Translations under genes and position numbers: made by a program
NCBI GenBank assembly: GCA_964057225.1
Contig: OZ059895.1
Coordinates: 13,826,001 to 13,890,000 of the forward strand
From: Auanema rhodensis
Taxonomy: Eukaryota; Animalia; Nematoda
Direction of reading: 5' to 3'
Length of the DNA: 64,000 bases
The notes under the pieces: model-generated
Seen by the model: only the letters and a program-made list of their open reading frames with translations
Told to the model about the DNA's origin: nothing
Database searches by the model: none
Shown: piece after piece, positions 55,301 to 64,000 of the stretch
Layout: each line of letters begins with the position of its first letter
How positions within the stretch are numbered: position 1 is the stretch's first letter

Positions 55301-56154
55301 ACACACCAAGTGTCTGTCTGCGTAGGCGTCTATGCTTTAACTAAGCTTCTCTTAATGCTCAATTTTCTATTGAATCCAATAATTGAAACTGTTTCCAATT
55401 TTTTTGCAATATAAGTTTTACACGTATCTATGATTTGGATCATATTTGTACTTTGCCCCCGTTTTTTTAATAAAGAAAGAAAGAAAGGGAGAGAGAGATT
55501 GTATTGCCGTACATCTATGCAACACACGTGAATTACCGATAGTTTGATTCTTACTATGAGCTGATAAAGTTCATTCATTACGATCTGTTTCACTTGGAAT
55601 CCGTTTATAACGACTCTCCCAGTTTTATATATGAAGGTTGGGCAGTGGGTGAAATGGTAATAGTTTAACACTCAATTGAAATATTAAATTTGTGAGGTAC
55701 GAGGAGTATTGATTTCCTGATTAAATTCACTACGATTGTAAAACACTGTACTAGTAATAATTTATAATCTATCATCATTTTTAATTTTCATGTCATTGCT
55801 TTGTTATGCATCTGCCGTGAATCAATTTTCATGCTAGATGAGATAGTAGCAGAACACTATTTCATATAGTGTTCTTTGTGTTGCTGAATTTATTCTCGAA
55901 CACTCAAATGCTGACGTCTCCTTACATGAAAAAAATATGTTCACTGATATAAAAACATTTTATGTGACAAACTTTCATTAGAGATTGGTCATACTAGATT
56001 TCAACCTTTAAATCAATAACAGTGAAAGAGTTGTATACTATCTTTTCTTTTAGAAATAAATGTTTCCATTGTTTTCTCATTTTTGTATTGGTTTTTTAGC
56101 ATTGTGGACTTGCTTGGAAAATTATTACGAGCAACAGCATCTACCGTTTGGTGG

Positions 56155-58340
56155 ATGCTGTTTGGTCGTAGCGAATCTGAGGAAGAAATTCGAAGACGAG
56201 CACTTGAAGAGCAAGAACGAGAATTTCACTCATTTGTCCGCCAGCAAATTGTAAGCTTTTATTGAACAGAAAAATAATAATATTGTATTCATTATAGGTA
56301 TGTCTAATTCTCTTTATGACGCTTTATTTATTATCCTACTGGATAATATCAAAATTCAAGTCAAAATCAGATACTGATTCCCTCTATTCTGGCGACGAAG
56401 ATTATTTTGTATATAGGATTAGGTTAGTCAATGTTCTCTCTTTTTGGAAATATCTTCTCTCTCTCTTAGTGTTTGGATATGTACATTTTCTTTGGCTGTT
56501 TCTATCGGATCCATTACTCTCTTGCCCTTCTCAGTGCTGGCTGCTGAGTTGATTCAAAGTTATCCTGGTAGTTACTACCTTCAGGTATGCACTTGAACTT
56601 ATAATATCTTTTAAAATATCTATTCTATATAGTGGTTGTCATGGTCTCTGATTAATAGTCTATGGAATTATGTATTTATTTTATCGAATCTTAGTCTCTT
56701 TGTGCTTCTGCCTTTCAGTTATTTTTTTATTGAATCACAGGGCTTTAGCAAACGAAAAAATGTGAGTTTCATTTCATTTTAAAAGTTTTATTTGATCTTT
56801 TCAGGGCATTATGCAACGAGTTTATGAAACCCTTGCCGTTTGTGCCCTCCTCATTGTCGTAATTTTATGTCTTGGAGATGTCGTCCTCACGTTAATGTCA
56901 TCAACAGTAAGTTCATACGTAGTACCACATACATTAATATGTAATAATTTAAGGTATCCTTGTTAAGTATTACATCTGTTAATCTCCCTCTTATATATTC
57001 ATGTGTATCACTTTGTGGTGTTGCACTTTTGCTTCTTTCTACTCCTATAGGCTTTGCGAAAATGTTTGGAATCGTTGGTGAAATGGCTATGGTAATTTTT
57101 TCTAAATCTACCTTATTATCTTTTTTTTTTCAGAGACCAATCCCCAACGTTGACGAGTTAGCTATTGGTACTTTAGAGAAAAAAGATCAAGAAAGAAAAC
57201 TAGCTTTGAACAGTACAACACCCAAATTGAGGAAAGGTTTGAATTATATATAAGGCATCCTTAGTTGATGCTCTGTATTTCAGAGGTGTCAGCGATACTT
57301 CAAACGTCAGAAAATTATCAGCTGGTTTATCGTGTAAATGGTACGTATCAAATTTTCTTATTTTTAAAAATTTTTTCCACAATATTGTAGCTTCTCCTGC
57401 TATAGGAGTTGGGGAAGACACGCTATCTGCTGATTCCTCCATTCGAAGTTTTTCCACCCCAAGAGCGCCTTCGATAACATCGAATGAAAAAGTAAGTTTT
57501 CGAAAGATTCTAATTATATATTAATTTTGATCCGTTTAATTGTTTTGTTTTCGTTTTGGGTTCCATTGGGCCAGAAATCGCTTCGGTGGTATCAGCATGT
57601 AATGCATATTTTGAAATATCCTGTCATGATCGTTATTCTTCTTGCATTAACGGTATTTCTTTTATTGTGATTTTACTGTTAATCTAAGAATTAATAGGTG
57701 ATTTCATTGTTGATGGTAGTGATTAATTCATTGAAGCTTACATTTGGCTATAGAGGCCTTCCTGTTTATGCTCAATACATGGAAGTTCAAACACGTCATA
57801 CTTTAGGAATGGTTGGGGTTATTGTGGAGATAGTTATAATTTTGTAAGAAGAAAATTTTAATATTCATTATGATTTCTGATTATAGATATGTTATGGCAA
57901 CATCTCTGATTGGTGTTTATTCAATGCCTTTCATTCGCTCACTTCGACCGCTGAATAAAGGAACGTCAATGACATCCATTATTATGAATTGCAGCGTTGT
58001 TCTTGTTTTAAGTTCAGCATTGCCTGTTTTAGCTAACACACTTGGTTTTCTCTTTCAGTTTTTTGTTTCATTTTCAATCATATTCTAGGAATTACAACCT
58101 TTGACCTACTGGGAGCATATTCATCGTTAGAGTGGTTGAGTAATTTTCGACTAGTATTAGCCTACAACATCATGTTCGCGGTAGTTACATTGAGTTGTAT
58201 CACTAACCAAATTACAAGTCCTGTAAGGAAACAAATTATGAAGAGGTAGTTAATACTGTTCTCACATATCTAAATCTCTTTTTAGATTGAATGATCTTCG
58301 GTGTCGCCGTGAGCGAAAGGATGATATTGGAGTAGATTGA
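56155..58340 (+). CDS. LMBR1/LIMR-family multi-pass membrane protein
   Basis: EREFHSFVRQQI, VWICTFSLAVSIGSITLLPFS, SYYLQWL..SLINSLWNYVFILSNLSLFVLLPFSYFFIESQGF, LPLIYSCVSLCG..LLLLSTPIGFAKMF, TSMTSIIMNC...LVLSSALPV...LGITTFDLLG. Stop at 58338-58340. The start may extend upstream. Confidence 0.92.
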
Positions 58341-60465
58341 GTTTTTTTTGCTAGTTTTAATTTTCAAGTTAATAACAAATGAGCTTTCCAATTTTGACGA
58401 GTATTCAACGGTTAAGCAATCTTTTTTGCTTGCTTATTGGTTTAGTCTAAGAGGCACAATTTTTTGTCAAGTCAGCATTTTGTTTATTTATTGTTTTTCT
58501 TTTACTTTTAGTCAACTTTGATGTTACTTAATTGCAGTCATTATTACGATTCTCTTCTGACCTCACTCCTTACTTTAGCAATAAGCTAGTCCCGTAGTTC
58601 TGCAGGGTTTTTTTTTTCGCAATCAGCATGTATCAGAAAGTCTGCATAATTCAGTAGATATATTGTTTGGAGAGACAACGGGATTTGTACATAAATTAGC
58701 CATTTATTGCTTTTACTCATCGGTATTATCTCATTTTCGTTGATCTGTGAATGGTTCAGCATCCTTAGAATCCGGTGCTTTTTCTGTACTAATAATAAAT
58801 CTTTGATTTTATCGCTGTTTTTAAATCGGCGGATTTTATTTTATTCAAAATATGCAATAACAGTTCACTGACATGAGGTATTATGTGAAAAATTAACATG
58901 AATCGTACATGTTAGATTATTATAAATATATGTATAATATTTATATTGTGGAACGGACAACCCCGTTGATTTTCTTGAATTATAAGCTGTTTATACTACT
59001 CATTTGTTATTACAAAGAATTCAAAATCTAAATAGATATGATTTCCATTAAGTTTTTGTTTAATTTCCGTTTTATCCGCAAACAGTCGAACGTTTAGGGG
59101 GATCAAGTATGGTAGGATAACCCCAACGGCGCGCATTATCGATTATGTCTTTAGGCGTTTATATAGAGCGATATATGTATGAATATTGCTTTTTTGAAGA
59201 GTAGGAAAAAGTTTTTTCTTTGTATGACTTTGTCAATGATTTCATTCAGAATCAGTATATTTTATAATTTTTTAGAATTTAAGGAAGATACTTATTTACA
59301 AATGAAGTTTACATAGTTATATACGAAATATCTGTTTGTGATCATTACATTACGTTCTCTGAATACTGCCCAATTACATATATGATTGATGATATTTTTA
59401 AAGTGAATAATCTTCTATCACTTACAATATTCTTAAGGTGTTTTAAACAACTTCTCATGTTTGTTACCGGTATTTGAATTTTTTGTTTACTTTCAATATT
59501 AAATATGAATTTTAACAGTTGTATCTTTGAAGGAGATTTTACGAATTGTTTGTTATTCTGGAGCTAATGCTGTTTTTTGTTCAAAATAATGCAGTCAGTT
59601 GTATTTTTATTTTGGTCACTTGAGTTCGCTTTTGTCCAACTTAATCTTTAAAAATTAATGTGTTTGGAATAATATAGTTTTGAAAAAAAAACTCTTTTCT
59701 TCCTTTTCGATATTTCGTGAGGTTCCGATCTTTATATTCAGTGAAAGTGATCATTTAAGAAAGAAAACTATATCGCAAATGCAACAATCTAGTGCTATAA
59801 TCTTACATGTGAAGACAAGATGAAGTGTGTCTCTGGGTAGTTTTCCTTTATACATGTAGAAACGTATGTGAATTTGTTATGTTTTGTGTTGCTTGTGCAG
59901 ATATTAGCATTATCTATATCATTAAAGCTTATATATAATCTTTGACTTCTCATTTTGCTTATTTTTCTTGTCATAGAGGCAAATCAAGATCCTTAGGGCA
60001 GGCAAAAGACACATGTCCTTGGTTGAAAGTCTCGTACAGCTAGGTCAACTAGTTGTCGGCTTTTATAGCCCGGAAACGCATCGATCATAATTCCAAAATA
60101 CGAAGGAAGCTTTGAGTATAGCCTCCTTCGTTCGATTTTCACATTTAACAAGTCCTCACAATCTTCTAAGCATACTTGTTGTCGAAATAATCATTAGTAT
60201 TAGTGATTTGCTCGAATGTCCACTTGAAAATATTGAACTTGGTACACTTGGTTGCTGCGTATTTCAGCTAAATTTGAAGTATCGAACAAGTGGTTCTTTG
60301 TTGTTTAATCTTTCAATTAAGTTTCGATTTTATGTTCGTTGATCATGAATTTACCTGTCTTTTTAAATTCATCTTATTTATTCATTTCAGATATATAGAA
60401 GTCCTGTTGACTATATATTTGATTTCCTGGAATGGTATAAAAGTTTTAAAATATTTTCAAAAAGT

Positions 60466-62872
60466 ATGCGGTTCGGTCGAGCGAAATGCCTTCGTTTACT
60501 ATTATTTGCTGTACTCACTTCTACATTTATATTAATTTCTAATCATATGAAAGATGCTCATCAAACATATGCTAAAGCTATTGAGCCTCCGGGAAATAAA
60601 GATGGTGATGAGGTGATTATATTCGTCCTGATAATATTTTTATTTCGAATTCTTACAGGAAATAATCTACTCGGAAGACCAAAAAATGAAAATTAATTTA
60701 AAAAATAATTTGTTAGATTTGAAACCATTGCCAATTGCTTCTGCTGAGGAGGATAATAGTGTTGATATTGCTCGAGTGGATGGCTTTCAAGATCAATTAC
60801 CGTATGTGATTATAATTTAAAACTTGAATAAGCGTTATGTTGTTATAGAGAAGCAAATCGTAAAGCTCCAGTTTTGTCACAAGCTATAGTCAATGGTCAA
60901 AAGTATCCAGTATTGAGTCAGTCCGGTAACTTTATCCCTCAGCGGCGTGTAATTCATTTAGATATGAAAGGAGCACCCTATAAGGTTTTATATTTGTAAT
61001 TAAGGTCTTATCCTTTATTGATTTTCAGCCTGAATTTTTCACTGAATTGTTTTACTTTTTGAAAAGAATAGGAGCAACAGGAATTGTAATAGAATGGGAA
61101 GATATGTTTCCTTACACAGGAGTTCTTTCTGAAGCTGTTAATGGAAATGCTTATTCATTGGATGATGTAAGTTTAAAAAGAAAACTTATTAACTATTTTT
61201 CTTTTTATTACAGGTTGAGAATATTCTTAAAGAAGCGAAACGACACCGTCTTGATGTTATTCCTTTAGTTCAAACATTTGGTCATTTGGAATGGATTTTG
61301 AAGTTAGATAGATTCCAGCATCTTCGTGAAGATATGAGATTCCCTCAAGTAAATTATAATTTTATTTTTTTTCTAATATTGAGAACGTTAACATTAGGTG
61401 ATCTGTTTCCCCTTGCCAGAAGCTTGGAAGATGATCACTGATATGATTGATCAAGTTGCTGCTGTTCATAAGAAATATGAAATGCCGTATTTTCATATGG
61501 GTGCTGACGAAGTTTTTCAGGTTTCCCATTTTATATCATTTCCGTATACTTATTTTGTTGTTTTCCAGATAGGAGTATGTAATGCTAGTGTTAAAGAGTT
61601 GGGAAAACAAGGCTCAAGAGATCGTTTAATGCTGTGGCATATAAGTCGAACAGCTAACTATATCAAACAATCACATAACGTGAGCTAATCAAAATAGAAT
61701 ATACATAGATTTTTCTTAAATTTAAGACTACAGTGTTAGCTTGGCATGATATGTTTGTCCAAGCGTTTGAAGCGGATGTAATTCGCTATAACTTAACCAA
61801 TGTATGTTCCCCATTTTTATTTTTAAAAATATTTCACAATTCTTAGCTTTTGGAACCCGTTTTATGGAGTTATGCAGAGGATTTAGATATGTATTTACCT
61901 TATAGTACATGGAATGCTTTAAAGGTTTTATCGTTTGCTTTTTGTTTTATCTTATCATTATAATTTGCAGCCTTTCAACAATGTGTGGGGAAGTTCGGCA
62001 TGGAAAGGAGCTGACGGACCAGCAAGATATAATTCAAATCCTATACATTATATCAAAAATCATCAGTCATGGACTACTCAACTTACTAGAGTTTACAAAG
62101 AGTTTGGCTCCATTCAGGTGTGGCGATAATGTTTTTCTATTAAATATTGTCACTTTAGGGGCTAATAATGACGGGATGGTCACGGTACGATCATCTAGCT
62201 TTACTTGCTGAGCTTTTACCAGTAGCATTACCCTCGTTATCAATGTGTATGGAAACGATATTGGTAATGTTTATTACTTTTATATCTTGGTTACCTTTAT
62301 TCTATTTGTTTTAGGAAGCTAAACCCATTACTCAATTTCCTCAAACATATGAAAATATGAACTGCAGACCTCCTGTTGAAATGGGTTATGCTAGGGGTTG
62401 CCAATTTCCTGGAAAAAATGTATATGAAATAGTCAATGAATATTACCGTTTTCATAATGAATTGAAAAAGTATCAGGAAGATTATGAGCTTAATGGATGG
62501 CTTAGTAGAATGGCTGATAATCAGCTTGTTTCCAGTAAATGGTATATTGATGTAAGTTTTATTGTTCAATCCAATCCTCGATCAATTTATTATTTATTTT
62601 AGAAAATTGAACCACTGGTTACTGATAAATATGAAAGAATTAAAGATATTGAATCAAGATTAAGATTCGAAATGGGAAAAATCTTTTTCCAGGTTTATAA
62701 TTCTTATTAAATCGACATTTTAAAATATTTATTTCAGGATGCCATTGATGAATTTATTTTCACCTACATGGGCAATGATATAGAATGGTTAAAAAAGAAA
62801 GTTGATACAATACAAAAAATTTCTGGAGTCAAATCGTTCCCTAAACGCCCTCTGAAATTAAAATCCCTTTAG
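60466..62872 (+). CDS. hex-3: GH20 beta-hexosaminidase, HEXD-like subfamily, type II membrane protein
   Basis: N-terminal TM, IHLDMKGAP, GATGIVIEWEDMFPY, IPLVQTFGHLEWILK, FHMGADEVF (catalytic DE), LAWHDM, VWGSSAWKGA, MTGWSRYDH. The family call is secure. The specific paralogue name is less so and rests on remembered linkage with TMIE. Confidence 0.88.
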
Positions 62873-63481
62873 AACAATATATACCAGCATTAATGGTTTT
62901 ATATTCTGGTAATAAACATACGAGTATCTCTTAGGTGCCAAATGCCTCACTTGCTAAATGATAACAAACTTATTGCCCTTTTATGCCCCGTGCCTCATCT
63001 TGTATAATTTGCCTTTTGAATATTTAACCAACGAAATTGCTGCCTCTTATTTTATAATTTGCTCTATCATATGTTTGTTGTTTAGTTATTAAAAACTGTT
63101 TTAAAGTGTTTTTTAAATTTGATTTAAAAGCGTCTTACCGCTTCATATATTCAATTCAGTTTCCTTCAGAATATTGCGATTTGTGCGTTAAAGTATTTTA
63201 ATTTCCTTTCCACTTTACTTAATTAATTTCATCTCTGAAGGAACACGAGGCTGCTTCGAGACCCACCAGGGTCCTAATGGTGGCGCATTAATAGGTGGCT
63301 AAACGTTACTTTACAACCAACCTAAGAGCTCCGATGAAAATCATTCGGGCATAACTATTGGTCTTTGCACCAATACCACCTGTTGGCACTTGCCATTTTG
63401 TCTTTTGTCACTGTCGTACTCCTAGATGTCCTTTTTCTTAAAGATCTTACATTTTTTATTCAAAACATGTTTCAGAGCATA

Positions 63482-64000
63482 ATGGTTATGGACACAAATA
63501 GCCAATTATCTGCGTTAGATCAGCATGTTGCTCCAGGGTTAAGGCTATGGATGTTAATAGCTCTGGTTTCTGGAGTACTCCTCATTATGGGTTAGCAATA
63601 ATCCAACAAATATATGCAAAAACATATATATTTTTAGTTGTTCTTGTTTGTTGCTTTATGCGTATTCGTATTCCACGAACAAAAAGGCAAATTGATTTGA
63701 TAGCAGCTAAACGCAAAATGAGGAGTAAGAATAACAAGCAGAACACAGGTTTGTCATGTGATTCATATCTCGTTTAAATTCAATTTTTACTGGCAAATCA
63801 ATTTTCCTTTTTTGGTTCTGCCATCGTCACTACAACTCTAATGAAATTTAAAAAATTTAAAGTTTTTTTTATAGCTGATGAAAGAGCTCAAGCTATCGTT
63901 ATGAATTCTATGAGACCGAAAGGAAGTGTTCATCGTGCAGCTCCTGAGAATAGGGAAAAGGAAATCATGCATAAGGGTTCAAAAACCCAAACTGAAGTTT
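63482..64000 (+). CDS. TMIE: TMIE homologue (TMC channel complex subunit); 3' end beyond window
   Basis: Spliced GLRLWMLIALVSGVLLIM|VVLVCCFMRIRIPRTKRQID matches the TMIE signature (RLW-TM-CC-x-RxPRTxxxI). TTTCAG acceptor 6 nt before the ATG. Confidence 0.88.

Noticed and set aside
45671-55592. Scattered CTGTTTCA motifs (about 45671, 48382, 55585) as a piRNA cluster
   Set aside because: Too sparse to exceed chance in AT-rich DNA.
63241-63390. Hammerhead, HDV-like ribozyme, H/ACA snoRNA or telomerase RNA identity for the structured island
   Set aside because: The core is CCGATGA rather than CTGATGA, P1.1 is absent, the 3' H/ACA hairpin is weak, and the CCTAA stretch is not a repeated template. 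Kept only as an unclassified structure.

Overview
Eukaryotic, AT-rich genomic DNA from a nematode, probably a rhabditid. The basis is the TTTCAG/TTTTAG acceptors, mostly 40-50 nt introns, acceptor-like sites just before several start codons (candidate trans-splice sites) and cuticlin genes. By manual splicing I can support about 14 protein-coding genes. Ten are recognisable: hydroxypyruvate isomerase, S9 peptidase (dpf-6-like), SIKE/FGFR1OP2 homologue, CLIP-170 homologue, two VWA+ZP cuticlin-like genes, a trypsin-like protease, an LMBR1-family protein, a GH20 hexosaminidase and a TMIE homologue (truncated by the window end). Four are orphans. There is also a decayed Ty3/Gypsy pol remnant. The most unusual items are: (1) a 9-exon orphan gene in which every intron is phase 0 and each internal exon starts with an xPPIGxG-type motif; (2) a 256-bp near-perfect inverted copy of a CLIP exon/intron junction fused to the dead retrotransposon 24 kb away; (3) two independent repeat expansions lengthening the CLIP coiled coil; (4) a candidate multi-helix RNA structure upstream of TMIE; (5) several non-canonical splice sites. 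No rRNA, tRNA or CRISPR arrays were recognised. Gene spans are start-to-stop including introns and were built by eye. Orthologue names come from remembered motifs, not database searches.
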